In this document: positions 1 to 9,958 of the stretch, piece after piece
Position numbering within the stretch: the first letter of the stretch is position 1
How the letters are laid out: each line of letters opens with the position of its first letter
Assembly (NCBI GenBank): GCA_963827275.1
Contig: CAWHAA010000002.1
Location: 276,566-340,565 of the forward strand
From: an uncultured Spirochaetota bacterium
Lineage (GTDB): Bacteria; Spirochaetota; UBA4802; UBA5550
Direction of reading: 5' to 3'
DNA length: 64,000 bases
Made by a program: the position numbers and the translations under genes
Notes under the pieces: model-generated
What the model saw: only the letters and a program-made list of their open reading frames with translations
Told to the model about the DNA's origin: nothing
Databases searched by the model: none

Positions 1-1
1 A

Positions 2-88
2 AGCGCGGGCGCCGGCCATGACTGGCGGTACTGGGGCGGCCTGGTGCCCGAAGTGCTGGAATTTTTTGATGCGCGGCTTGAAAAGTAA
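2..88 (+). CDS. C-terminal fragment of a putative esterase / alpha-beta hydrolase (runs off window start)
   Basis: Frame 2 reads SAGAGHDWRYWGGLVPEVLEFFDARLEK*; GHDWxYW is typical of putative esterase C-termini. Confidence 0.55.
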   Translation, partial: SAGAGHDWRYWGGLVPEVLEFFDARLEK

Positions 89-93
89 CGACG

Positions 94-600
94 CTACTTC
101 TGCTTTTTTTTCGAAGTGAAGATGCGCTCCCAGAAAGAGACCTCTTCATCCGACACTGCGGGGTTATCCTCTTTTTCTTCCGGGGCCTTTTCCTTCTGCT
201 CGTCCTCGATCGTTCTGGTGACGAATTCGGCGAATTTTTCGCTCGTCATGGTTTTCGCGCTGAAGCGGTTGACATAAAAGAGGATGTCCTTGTCCGAGGT
301 GACCACGGTGGACATCTTCGGGTTCAGGTCCTTCTTGATGAATTCCTTTATGAGGAAGTCCGCGGAGTAATCAATCGAATAATAGACGTCGATGGTGCCG
401 ACCCGCTCGCTGCGGACGGTTTTCGCCGGCCCCTTCCTTCCGTCAAACACGACCCGGATTTTCGATTTTTTCAGCTTCTGGAACTCCTTGAGCCGGTCGA
501 GCAGGCCGGCGCGCGCGTCATCGAGCCTGCCGGTGAGCATCAGCCCCTCGAGGTCGGGAAACTTGTACATGAGGTTGAACCCGTCGATCAGGAGTATCAT
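94..600 (-). CDS. NYN domain (YacP-like) putative ribonuclease
   Basis: LLIDGFN...VVFDG...ADFLI...VVTSD PIN/NYN acidic motifs. Confidence 0.85.
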   Translation of the reverse strand: MILLIDGFNLMYKFPDLEGLMLTGRLDDARAGLLDRLKEFQKLKKSKIRVVFDGRKGPAKTVRSERVGTIDVYYSIDYSADFLIKEFIKKDLNPKMSTVVTSDKDILFYVNRFSAKTMTSEKFAEFVTRTIEDEQKEKAPEEKEDNPAVSDEEVSFWERIFTSKKKQK

Positions 601-609
601 GGAACGCTT

Positions 610-1798
610 CTACAACTGCTTCACGTACCGGTCGATCCGCAGCATCGATTCCCTGATGTTGTCCATCGAGGTAGCGTAGGAGCAGCGGATATTGTATTCA
701 CCGCATTCACCGAACGCCCTCCCCGGCACCACCGCGACTTTTTCTTTCTGGAGGAGGCCCAGGGCGAATTCCCTGCCGGTCAGCCCGGTGGACGATATGT
801 CCGGGAACACGTAGAAGGCGCCTTCGGGGAGAAGGCACGGCAGGCCCGATCTCGTTGAACCTGCTCGAGATGAAGTTCCTCCGCCTGATGTACTCGTTTT
901 TCATCTGGAGGACGTCCTTCGCTCCCCTGGTGAGGGCCTCGATCGCCGCGTACTGGGCCATGGAGGAGGCGCACAGGGCGGTGTACTGGTGGATCTTCAT
1001 CATGATGTCGGTGATGAATTTCGGGCCGGCCACGTACCCGAGGCGCCAGCCGGTCATGGCGTGGGACTTGGAGAAGCCGTTCAGGTAGATGGTGCGCGAT
1101 TTCATTTCGGGGATCGCCGCGATGGAAAAATGGCGCCCCTCGTACGTGAGTGAGCAGTATATCTCGTCGCTGATGACGATGAAGTTGTGCCGCATCGCCA
1201 GCTCGGCGATCCTTTCCAGCGTGTCCCTGTCGATCGTCGCGCCTGTCGGGTTTGACGGGTAGCTCAGGATTATCGCCTTTGTCCTGGGCGTGATCGCCTT
1301 TTTCAGGAGATCGATGTCGATCTTGAACCGGTCCTTCTGGTAGGTGGGGACTATGACCGGCGTCCCGTGGAGAAGTGTCACGTTTGCCGTGTACGATACA
1401 TAGCAGGGCTCGAAGATGATCACCTCGTCGCCGGGATTGATGATGCTCCGCAGCGCAAGGTCGAGGCCCTGGCTCACGCCCAGCGTGACGATCAGCTCCG
1501 AGTCGGGGTCGAAGGTGACATCGTAATCTGCCGCGAGGTAGCGGACGATCAGGTCGCGCAGCTCGGGGAGGCCGCGGTTCGGGGTGTAGTGGGTGTTGCC
1601 GTCCTTGATCGCGTATATGCCGCTGTCGGCAATCCGCCAGGGCGTGGTGAAGTCGGGCTCGCCGACGCCCAGGGATATGCAGTCCGGCGTCGAATAGACA
1701 ATGTCGAAGAATTCACGTATGCCTGACGGGGGAATGGCGCTGCCGGTCCGTGAAACAAGGTTTTCGGGGCTGTTGTGCTGTACCAGTTTTAATTTCAT
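610..1798 (-). CDS. PLP-dependent aminotransferase class I/II, one +1 frameshift near 845
   Basis: SLGVGEPDF, SNPTG, SDEIY, GFSKSHAMTGWRLG; C-terminus PEGAFYVFP...IRCSYA continues in another frame after FNEIG. Confidence 0.88.
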
Positions 1799-1851
1799 AG
1801 TGTTACTCCCGGGCCTTCACTTACTCTGCCGCATCAGGGGCGGGCCGGCGG

Positions 1852-2310
1852 TCACCCCTCCTTTTTCAGCGGAAAGTTTTCCATCATTATCAGATGTTCT
1901 GATTCAGTAAAGCCAAATTTTCTGAAAAATTCGTAGAAATCCGCGTCCCCGGCGGGGACTTCCGCCCTGATCCGGGGACAGTTCCGTTCCGCCATTGATT
2001 GCCTGAAGGCGTTCAGGAGGTCTTCCCTGACGCCGGCGCCATGGAAGGGGGAGGCGCAGAGCCACCGGACGGTCACCGCCCCGCCGGTTTCGGCGTCTTC
2101 CGGGAACGCTATGAGAAAGCCCGCGACCCGCTTTTTGCATATCGCGACGAGGGAGACGTCAAGGCCGCGGACAAGGAGCTCGGCGAGGTCGCGCTCATTC
2201 CATCCACGGTCCGCGGTCCGGCCTGCGGGCGGAAGCGCGTCCCGCCCGAGGAGGAAGACGTCCCTCAGGTCATCGATCCGCATCGGCCGTATCTCGGTCC
2301 CCCGCTTCAT
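1852..2310 (-). CDS. GNAT-family N-acetyltransferase
   Basis: Start MKRGTEIRPMRIDDL overlaps nadB stop (ATGA); VAGFL and FFRKFGF GNAT motifs. Confidence 0.7.
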   Translation of the reverse strand: MKRGTEIRPMRIDDLRDVFLLGRDALPPAGRTADRGWNERDLAELLVRGLDVSLVAICKKRVAGFLIAFPEDAETGGAVTVRWLCASPFHGAGVREDLLNAFRQSMAERNCPRIRAEVPAGDADFYEFFRKFGFTESEHLIMMENFPLKKEG

Positions 2311-3971
2311 TCCGTACCGGCCAGCCTCATGAGCTTCGGCTCGTGCTCCGCCTGGAGCACCACGTTGACTTTCTGGCGCCCCGGCGCCGGGTGGTCGGCG
2401 TTGAAGTGCAGGCCGATGCTGTCCCTCCGTGTCATGGCGCTCTTGATTATGAGTTTTGCCACCGTCGCGAGGTTGCGCAGCTCGACGATGCGCCAGGTTA
2501 TGGTGCTTTTCTTGTAATGGTCGTGTATGTCTTCGGCCAGCATCAGTATCCGCCGGTGCGCCTTCTGGAGCCGCTTGTCTGAGCGCACGATGCCGACGTA
2601 GTCCCACATGAGCCGCTTCACGTCCTCGATGTCGTGCTGGACCAGCACCCACTCCTCCAGGTCGAACGTTCCCTCCTTGCTCCAGTCGGGGAACTCCGGC
2701 ATGGACCCCGCGCGGTCGAAATCGCCGAGGTTCCCGGCGGCCCGCAGGTAGGCCTGGTGGGAAAAGACGATCCCCTCGAGCAGGGAATTGCTGGCGAGCC
2801 GGTTCGCGCCGTGCACGCCGGTGCAGGACGATTCGCCCGAGACGTAGAGGTTCTCGATCGAGGTCTTGCCGTTCAGGTCGCTTACCACGCCGCCGCAGAG
2901 GTAGTGGGCGGCAGGCACGACCGGGATCGGCTCCTTTGAAATGTCAATCCCCTCTTCCAGGCACCTGGCGTAGATGTTCGGGAAGCGTTGCATCAGGAAT
3001 TTTTTGCTCTTCGAGGTGATGTCCAGGTATACGTTGCTGACCCCTGATTTTTTCAGCTCCATGTCGATTGTCCGCGCCACGATGTCCCTGGGCGCGAGGT
3101 CTTTCAGCGGGTGCACGCGGTCCATGAAGCGCTCCCCCCTGGCGTTGACGAGGACGGCGCCCTCGCCGCGCACTGCCTCGCTGATGAGAAAGCGGGGTCC
3201 GCCCGCCTTCGGCAGGTAGAGGGCGGTGGGGTGGAACTGAATGAACTCCATGTCGGCGATCAGGGCCCCGGCGCGGTAGGCCATGGCGATGCCGTCGCCA
3301 GTCGCGATATCGGGATTGGTGGTGTGAAGGTACACCTGGCCGACGCCGCCCGTCGCCAGCAGGGTCATCTTCGCGTTAAAGGTATTGACCATGCCGGTGG
3401 TATTATCGAGGATATAGGCGCCGTAGCAGTGGGTGCCGTGCCGCCGTTTTCTTCTGAGCCGCAGCTGGTGCTCGGTCAGCAGGTCGACGCCGGTGTGGTC
3501 CTCGAAGAGCTGAATGTTCGGGATCTCCGAGACCTTCTGTAATAACGCCCGCTCGACTTCCTGCCCGGTGAGGTCGCGGGCATGAACGATGCGGTTCATC
3601 GAATGACCGCCCTCGCGTCCGAGGTCGAGGACGTTCCCGCCGCCGGGCCGTTTTTTTTCAGAGAAGTGCGTGCCCCACTCTATGAGCTCCAGTATCCGTT
3701 CCGGGCCGGAGCGGACCAGGAGATCGACCGCCTTGCGGTTGCCGAGCCCGGCGCCGGCCTTCATCGTGTCTTCGATATGCTTATCGAATGAATCGGTCGG
3801 GGAGAGGACCGAAGCGATGCCGCCCTGCGCGTAGTTGGTGTTGGAGTCGGACTCCTTTTTCTTGGTGACGATGTTCACCGTCCCGATGCGGGACGCCTTG
3901 ATGGCGAAGGCCAGCCCGGCGATGCCGCTCCCGATGATCAGGAAATCGGATTTAAAGGTTTTTGGCCGCAT
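2307..3971 (-). CDS. nadB: L-aspartate oxidase
   Basis: IIGSGIAG, NTNYAQGGIA, REGGHS, QFHPT, EAVRGEG, AHYLCGG, GVHGANRLASNSLLE. Confidence 0.95.
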   Translation of the reverse strand: MRPKTFKSDFLIIGSGIAGLAFAIKASRIGTVNIVTKKKESDSNTNYAQGGIASVLSPTDSFDKHIEDTMKAGAGLGNRKAVDLLVRSGPERILELIEWGTHFSEKKRPGGGNVLDLGREGGHSMNRIVHARDLTGQEVERALLQKVSEIPNIQLFEDHTGVDLLTEHQLRLRRKRRHGTHCYGAYILDNTTGMVNTFNAKMTLLATGGVGQVYLHTTNPDIATGDGIAMAYRAGALIADMEFIQFHPTALYLPKAGGPRFLISEAVRGEGAVLVNARGERFMDRVHPLKDLAPRDIVARTIDMELKKSGVSNVYLDITSKSKKFLMQRFPNIYARCLEEGIDISKEPIPVVPAAHYLCGGVVSDLNGKTSIENLYVSGESSCTGVHGANRLASNSLLEGIVFSHQAYLRAAGNLGDFDRAGSMPEFPDWSKEGTFDLEEWVLVQHDIEDVKRLMWDYVGIVRSDKRLQKAHRRILMLAEDIHDHYKKSTITWRIVELRNLATVAKLIIKSAMTRRDSIGLHFNADHPAPGRQKVNVVLQAEHEPKLMRLAGTE

Positions 3972-4752
3972 TGCTCACTATCTCCATGAAGTTTTCATAC
4001 ACCGCGCCGGCGATCCGCTCGACCGGCTCGCCCCGGAGGCCGGCGATGTAGCGGTAGGTGTGGATGATATATTCCGACCTGTTCTTTTTCCCGCGCAGCG
4101 GAACGGGTGCCAGGAAGGGCGCGTCGGTCTCAACGAGCAGGCGGTCGAGCGGCACGTAAGCCGCGGATTCGTGGAGCGCCGTTGCGCTCCGGTAGGTGAC
4201 GTTTCCTGCGAAGGAGAGGTAGAACCCGAGGTCCAGCACCTTCCGCGCCGCTTCGCGGTCGCCGGAGAAGCAGTGCATGATCCCGGCGGTCCCCGGGTAC
4301 TCGCTCAGGAGCGCCAGCGTTTCATCCATCGCGTCGCGGGAATGCACGATGACCGGGAGGCCGAGACGGTTGGCCAGGGCGATCTGGAAGCGGAAGGAGC
4401 GCTCCTGCGTCCCGGGGTCCTGGCGCTTCCGGTAGAAGTCGAGGCCGCATTCGCCGATGCCGAAGAGAAGGCGCGCGTCTTCGCCGCGGGCGGTCCGTTC
4501 CGCCAGGTCGCCTATTTCACGGAGGTCGTCGTCGCCGGCTGGCGACGACGGGTGTATGCCGATGGAGAAGAGGACTCCCCGGGCGGCATGCCGCTTCGCG
4601 AAACCGAGGGACCACCGCGCGCTTGCCGTATCGATCGATACCTGGACGACCCGCCGTATCCCGTTTGCGGCCGCCTGTTCCATGAGCGCGTCTTCTGTCA
4701 CATTGGTTTCTTCAAGGGCAAGGTCGAAATGTGCGTGGGAGTCGATATACAT
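3952..4752 (-). CDS. tatD: TatD-family hydrolase
   Basis: IDSHAH, GIHP, IGECGLD, IVHSRDA, HCFSG, ETDAPFLAP; GGAG RBS before ATG 4752. Confidence 0.92.
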   Translation of the reverse strand: MYIDSHAHFDLALEETNVTEDALMEQAAANGIRRVVQVSIDTASARWSLGFAKRHAARGVLFSIGIHPSSPAGDDDLREIGDLAERTARGEDARLLFGIGECGLDFYRKRQDPGTQERSFRFQIALANRLGLPVIVHSRDAMDETLALLSEYPGTAGIMHCFSGDREAARKVLDLGFYLSFAGNVTYRSATALHESAAYVPLDRLLVETDAPFLAPVPLRGKKNRSEYIIHTYRYIAGLRGEPVERIAGAVYENFMEIVSNAAKNL

Positions 4753-4879
4753 GACACTCCTCGGTGAGTAATGCTTCTGTCTCTGTATAGGGAGCGGGGC
4801 CATAATTGCAAGAATAAAATACGCGATTAATTGGTTGAAATTTTTTCATCTGACGGTAGCATGTGCATGCGAGGGGCGT

Positions 4880-5530
4880 GTGAAATTATTCGTTATCGGC
4901 GACATCCACGGTGAAAAAAAGTACATCGGCGCGGCGTCCGGGATGATCGGCTCGGCCGATCTGGTGGTGCTGTGCGGTGATCTCGCGCGATCGGGCTCGC
5001 GCTCGAGCGCCGAGGAGGTGCTGTCGGAAATCGAACGCTATTCGCGTTCAATCGTCGCTGTGCACGGCAACTGGGACGGGGACGATGTCCGCTCGCTGCT
5101 CAACGCCAGGGGCTACAGCGTGCACGGCAAGGGCCGGATCATAGACGGGGTCGGCTTTTTCGGCGTGGGCGGCTCGAGCCAGACGCCGATGAATACTGCC
5201 AGCGAATATTCAGAAGAGGAGATTGCCGGGTTCCTCGACGATGGATACCGCTCGGTCGCGGCTGCCGGGAAAAAGGTCCTGGTGACACACGCCCCGCCGC
5301 GCCAGGTGCGCGACCGCACCTTCCTGGGGCTCCATGGAGGGAGCAGGGCGGTGCGGGACTTCCTGGACGGCGCGGCCGTTGACCTGTGCCTGGCGGGGCA
5401 TATACACGAAGCCTACGGCGCGGAGCGGTACCATGAGTGTCTCGTCGTGAATTCCGGCTCCTTTAAAAAGGGAAGATATTCCTCGATAACTCTGGGGGAG
5501 ACGGTAACGGTGGACCAGGGCAAGCTTTGA
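4880..5530 (+). CDS. Calcineurin-like metallophosphoesterase
   Basis: GDIHG, CGD, GNWD, THAPP, GHIHE motifs; GTG start. Confidence 0.88.
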   Translation: MKLFVIGDIHGEKKYIGAASGMIGSADLVVLCGDLARSGSRSSAEEVLSEIERYSRSIVAVHGNWDGDDVRSLLNARGYSVHGKGRIIDGVGFFGVGGSSQTPMNTASEYSEEEIAGFLDDGYRSVAAAGKKVLVTHAPPRQVRDRTFLGLHGGSRAVRDFLDGAAVDLCLAGHIHEAYGAERYHECLVVNSGSFKKGRYSSITLGETVTVDQGKL

Positions 5531-5593
5531 TCACTTCTGGCGGATGCGTTTCCGCGATGGGCGCCATCGGGCGGACCGTGCGGGCAATACTGA

Positions 5594-5971
5594 ATGACCA
5601 TGGAGGTGCCGCTTGTGACGGCGAGTGAAGAACGGCGGCGATACCACAGGGTAGAGAACGATTTCAATGTCAGGATAGCGCGCGAGGTCCGGGCGAACCA
5701 GTTCAAGGACCTTGTTATCGACACCGGGCGGTCGATCAATGTCAGCGCAAGCGGCATGTCGGTGCACATCAGGGAGCGTCTCGACCCCCGCGAACTCGTG
5801 CGGGTGACCTTTTTAAAGCCGAATACCTTTGAGTTTTTCGAGGGGCTCGCGCGCGTGATCAGGGTGGAGGAGAAGAAAGACAGTACCTTCACGGTGGGGC
5901 TGCATTTTTTTAATCTGTCGACATCTGAGATGAACAACCTGGATTACTATATCAGCTTATGCGGTCACTAA
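5594..5971 (+). CDS. PilZ domain protein (putative c-di-GMP receptor)
   Basis: ERRRYHR and NVSASG motifs (RxxxR, D/NxSxxG). Confidence 0.85.
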   Translation: MTMEVPLVTASEERRRYHRVENDFNVRIAREVRANQFKDLVIDTGRSINVSASGMSVHIRERLDPRELVRVTFLKPNTFEFFEGLARVIRVEEKKDSTFTVGLHFFNLSTSEMNNLDYYISLCGH

Positions 5972-6010
5972 CGTCCCCCGCGCGCAGGCGGCCGGCGGGC
6001 CCGGCGCTCG

Positions 6011-6361
6011 TCATGTTCCCTTCACTGATATGTGTTTCATGGTCCTGACGATCGTTTCCAGCGCCTTGAATGACGCCACCTGCCATTTTGAGCTCCTGTC
6101 GTAGGTAATGGTGGACGTGATGCCGCTCTCTTCAAGGCTCTTTATGAGCAGGATAATCGGCGGTACGGTGGACGAGTTCATGTATTTCAGCTTTTCGAAC
6201 CTGATTTCGAGCGCCCTGTCTTTCAGCCTTTCGAATATGCTTTTAAAATACGGGTTGATGATCGACGAGGGGTCCCGGGCTTCGCTTTTACCGCTCCACG
6301 TTATCGTATTTATCTCTCCTTCCGCGAGGGTTATTTCAAGATCATTGTCCTTCAAGTTCAT
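6011..6361 (-). CDS. SiaC-like / STAS-like regulatory phosphoprotein
   Basis: WSGKS...F..LKYMNSST motif, 116 aa, next to a kinase-like gene. Confidence 0.65.
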   Translation of the reverse strand: MNLKDNDLEITLAEGEINTITWSGKSEARDPSSIINPYFKSIFERLKDRALEIRFEKLKYMNSSTVPPIILLIKSLEESGITSTITYDRSSKWQVASFKALETIVRTMKHISVKGT

Positions 6362-6426
6362 ACAACCGCTCCTGTCGTATCGTGGGTGATGTGGATCATT
6401 GTGCGAGAGGGCGGCCCCTTCCGCGA

Positions 6427-6912
6427 TCATTCATAGGTACGCTCAGCCAGCACTGTTAGTATGCCATCGCGATAGGTACAGTCAAGCGTAAATTCCCCCT
6501 CATACGCTATCCGGTACAGGCCAAGCTGGCTCTCTCCGGGCCGGGGGTCTTCCATCAGCTGCTGGAGGCGCTCGGTATACAGGGCGCCCGGGTCGTCACT
6601 GGACTTGATACGCTCGATGTTCGTCCGCACACGGAGAGCGTCGTCTTCATCCCTGACGCCGTTGGAGACCCTGATCTGCACCCTGTCTGAATCGGCGCCC
6701 AGGTCAAAGTGGATGGTGGCGGTGCCGGCGGCGGATGAACCGTATTTTATCGAGTTTTCAACAAGTTCCACGGCGCACATGATGGTTGATTCGACGACGT
6801 CATGCGCGGCGCCCTTCTGTTTCATGAAGGATTCCGTTTTGTCACGGACTTCCCTCAAAATGCTCCATGTCGGGGTTATGGATAGACTGATTGTCACTTC
6901 ATCATGCTGCAT
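6427..6912 (-). CDS. SiaB-like / anti-sigma-type GHKL kinase
   Basis: ELVENSIKYG N-box and SQLGLYRI G-box-like motif, no HisKA domain. Confidence 0.65.
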   Translation of the reverse strand: MQHDEVTISLSITPTWSILREVRDKTESFMKQKGAAHDVVESTIMCAVELVENSIKYGSSAAGTATIHFDLGADSDRVQIRVSNGVRDEDDALRVRTNIERIKSSDDPGALYTERLQQLMEDPRPGESQLGLYRIAYEGEFTLDCTYRDGILTVLAERTYE

Positions 6913-7203
6913 GTGTCGTTTACCAGGCTGACATGGTCCGTAACGGTGTGAACGGCTTGCGTCACTGCCACACACCATGCCGTTTATATATAGATATACA
7001 TATTTACCGCGTAGTCAATACAAATATTTGAATATGAGGGCACAATGATCTGCCGGCGATACCGGTCGGGACGATCGATGCTGAAAAATCGGGAGAATTT
7101 TCCCGGATATGCGGATTACGGCATCACGCAAAGGAAAAATATTTTTTTAATGAGATAATTAATTTGACAATTTTGCACTCCGCAATAATTATCTTATTTC
7201 GAT

Positions 7204-8193
7204 ATGAATTCCCTCAAAAGAAAAGATCTTCTTGATATCCAGTCGTTATCAATAGAGGAGATTCTTTTAATCTGCCGATCGGCAAAATATTTCAAGGACA
7301 TATTCACCCGTTCAGTCAAAAGCGTCCCGATTCTGCGGGGAAAGACCGTGTGCACGCTCTTTTACGAGCCATCGACACGGACCCGTCTCAGCTTCGAGCT
7401 GGCGGCAAAGCGGCTGTCAGCCGATCTGATAAATTTTTCCGTATCGACGTCCAGCGTCGTCAAGGGGGAATCGCTGATCGATACTGTCCATACCCTTGAA
7501 GCCATGAAAGTGGATTATATCGTAATGAGACATGCGGCGTCAATGGCGCCGCATTTTTTATCTCGTAACATCAACGCATCGGTCATCAACGCGGGAGACG
7601 GGTTCCACGCGCACCCGACCCAGGCGTTGCTGGACGCCTATTCGATCATGGAGCACCTGGGGCGTCTTGCCGCCGGCAGCCTCGAGGGCCTCAACATCGG
7701 CATCATCGGCGACATCAAGCATTCCCGGGTGGCACGCTCGGACATTGAGATATTTAAAAAGCTGGGCGCCAACGTGACCCTGTGCGGCCCGCCCACCCTG
7801 GTGCCTGACAACTTCGCCCTCTACGGCGTCAATATCAGCTACAATCTGGACGACCTGCTGCCCGACCTTGACGTGGTCAATCTCCTGAGGATACAGAAGG
7901 AGCGCCAGAAAGGCTCCCTTCTCCCGTCGCTGCGGGAATACCACCGCCAGTTCGCCCTGACCACAGAGCGGTTCCGCATGTGCCGGGACGATGTCATCGT
8001 CATGCACCCCGGACCGGTGAACCGCGGGATCGAAATCGACGACGCGGTCATGAACAGCCCGAAAGCGATTATCAACGAGCAGGTGACCAACGGGGTCGCG
8101 GTGCGGATGGCCCTCTTCTATCTCCTGGCCGGCGGCGCGCCGTTCGAGGAAATGAACGAGGAACAGCGAGGTACGATTGAAAATAGTAATTAA
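7204..8193 (+). CDS. pyrB: Aspartate carbamoyltransferase catalytic subunit
   Basis: FYEPSTRTR, NAGDGFHAHPTQ, HSRVA, MHPGPVNRG. Confidence 0.97.
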   Translation: MNSLKRKDLLDIQSLSIEEILLICRSAKYFKDIFTRSVKSVPILRGKTVCTLFYEPSTRTRLSFELAAKRLSADLINFSVSTSSVVKGESLIDTVHTLEAMKVDYIVMRHAASMAPHFLSRNINASVINAGDGFHAHPTQALLDAYSIMEHLGRLAAGSLEGLNIGIIGDIKHSRVARSDIEIFKKLGANVTLCGPPTLVPDNFALYGVNISYNLDDLLPDLDVVNLLRIQKERQKGSLLPSLREYHRQFALTTERFRMCRDDVIVMHPGPVNRGIEIDDAVMNSPKAIINEQVTNGVAVRMALFYLLAGGAPFEEMNEEQRGTIENSN

Positions 8194-9454
8194 AAACGGC
8201 CGGCTTATAGACCCGGCATCGAAGACGGACGGGGCGCTGGACCTCCTCGTGGAGGACGACCGGATAGCGGATATCGCGCCGAAGATCACGGCGCGGAGCG
8301 ATTACGGCGTCATCGACGCAGCGGGCTGTCTGGTGCTTCCGGGGCTCATAGACATGCATGTCCATTTCCGCGAGCCTGGCCGCGAAGACGTGGAGACGAT
8401 ATACGGCGGTTCGAAGGTGGCGGCCAAGAGCGGCTTCACCTCGGTGTGCACCATGCCGAACACCGACCCGGTCATCGACAACCAGGCGCTGGTGCGCTTC
8501 ATCAAGCTGGAGGCCGAGAAGGGGCCGATCAACGTCTTCCCCGCCGCCACCATAACGAAGGGGATGAAGGGGGAGGAGATCTCCGAAATGGGTGAGCTGA
8601 TCAGCGCCGGGGCGGTGGCCTTCACCGACGACGGGCTGCCCGTGATGAGCTCAATCCTGATGCGGCGCGCCCTCGAGTATTCGCGCATGTTCGGCGTTCC
8701 CATCATCACCCACTCCGAGGACCTCGGGCTGACCGACGACGGCATCATGAACGAAGGAAAAAACTCGACGCTCCTGGGCCTGAAGGGCATCCCCTCCGAG
8801 GCGGAAGAGGTGATGATCGCGCGCGACGTGATCCTCACCCGCCTGTCGGGCGGCAGGCTCCATGTCGCCCATGTCTCGTCCGGGGGATCGGTCGAGATCA
8901 TCAGGCGCGCCAAGAGCGACGGGATAACGGTGACCTGCGAAACGGCGCCCCATTATTTCTCCCTCACCGATGACGCGGTCGCGGAGTACCTGTCGATGGC
9001 GAAGATGAAGCCGCCCCTCAGGACGGATGACGACCGCAAGGCGATCATCGAGGGGCTCCGGCGCGGCATCATCGACGTGATCGCGACCGACCACGCCCCC
9101 CATTCCATGAATGAAAAAATGCAGGAGCTCGAGTACGCGCCGTTCGGCATCATCGGGCTCGAGACCGCGGTGCCGCTCATCATAACGGTGCTGGTGCGGG
9201 AAAACGGCTTTTCATATATCGAGGCCTTTGAAAAGGTTACCGCGAACCCCGCCAGGATCCTGAAGATCGACCGGGGCGTACTGAAGCCCGGTAAAATCGC
9301 CGACATCACCATCATCGACCCCGAGCGGAAGGTCCAGGTCACCGAGGACTTCATACTTTCCAAATGCAAAAACACCCCCTTTCTCGGCAGGGAGCTGTAC
9401 GGGTCGGTGCAGCACACGCTGTGCAATGGCAACGTGGTCTATTCCCGCCGGTGA
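8177..9454 (+). CDS. pyrC: Dihydroorotase
   Basis: DMHVHFREPG, MPNT, KMKPPLR, IATDHAPH; follows pyrB. Confidence 0.95.
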   Translation: MKIVIKNGRLIDPASKTDGALDLLVEDDRIADIAPKITARSDYGVIDAAGCLVLPGLIDMHVHFREPGREDVETIYGGSKVAAKSGFTSVCTMPNTDPVIDNQALVRFIKLEAEKGPINVFPAATITKGMKGEEISEMGELISAGAVAFTDDGLPVMSSILMRRALEYSRMFGVPIITHSEDLGLTDDGIMNEGKNSTLLGLKGIPSEAEEVMIARDVILTRLSGGRLHVAHVSSGGSVEIIRRAKSDGITVTCETAPHYFSLTDDAVAEYLSMAKMKPPLRTDDDRKAIIEGLRRGIIDVIATDHAPHSMNEKMQELEYAPFGIIGLETAVPLIITVLVRENGFSYIEAFEKVTANPARILKIDRGVLKPGKIADITIIDPERKVQVTEDFILSKCKNTPFLGRELYGSVQHTLCNGNVVYSRR

Positions 9455-9546
9455 CCCATGGGCGTATAATTCATATCCCGGCCGGACGCCGACCTGTAAT
9501 ACCTTTGTATAAAATAACCTGCCGGCTCAATATTGCAGATTTATCC

Positions 9547-9576
9547 TTGACACGCGAAAATCCGCGCGCCTATACT
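9547..9576 (+). promoter_or_regulatory. Sigma70-like promoter
   Basis: TTGACA-N18-TATACT upstream of the 9644 lipoprotein. Confidence 0.55.
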
Positions 9577-9643
9577 TGACCTCTCGTGCGCGGCCATGTG
9601 TGTCCCGTACGATCTGATCGATAACAGTTCACGAGGAGGAAAT

Positions 9644-9925
9644 ATGCGTTTACTTTCGGCTCTGGTGATTATCATGATGGTTTCCGCCCTTGCGGTCTCA
9701 TGCAAGAAAAAGGAGATGACCCTTGAGGACTACGCGAAAATAGAGATCGAGATCAACCTGCCGGACCCGGCGCTCGATGAAGCGAAGGTCGGCGAGGTAG
9801 CCGGTAAATACGGCTATGACTACCGGCAGTACAAGGACATGTTCGACAAGGTGCAGAAGGACGCCGCGCTCAAGGAAAAGCTCGGCGAAATGAGGCTCCA
9901 GGAGCAGAAGGCGGAAGGCAAGTAG
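9644..9925 (+). CDS. Small lipoprotein, unknown function
   Basis: GGAGG RBS, hydrophobic signal ending LAVSC. Confidence 0.8.
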   Translation: MRLLSALVIIMMVSALAVSCKKKEMTLEDYAKIEIEINLPDPALDEAKVGEVAGKYGYDYRQYKDMFDKVQKDAALKEKLGEMRLQEQKAEGK

Positions 9926-9958
9926 CCCCGTCCTGACGGCGCGGCGCACCGCCGCTGG

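Noticed and set aside
7000..7203. PyrR attenuator upstream of pyrB
   Set aside because: No PyrR-binding loop or terminator seen; only an AT-rich promoter-like region
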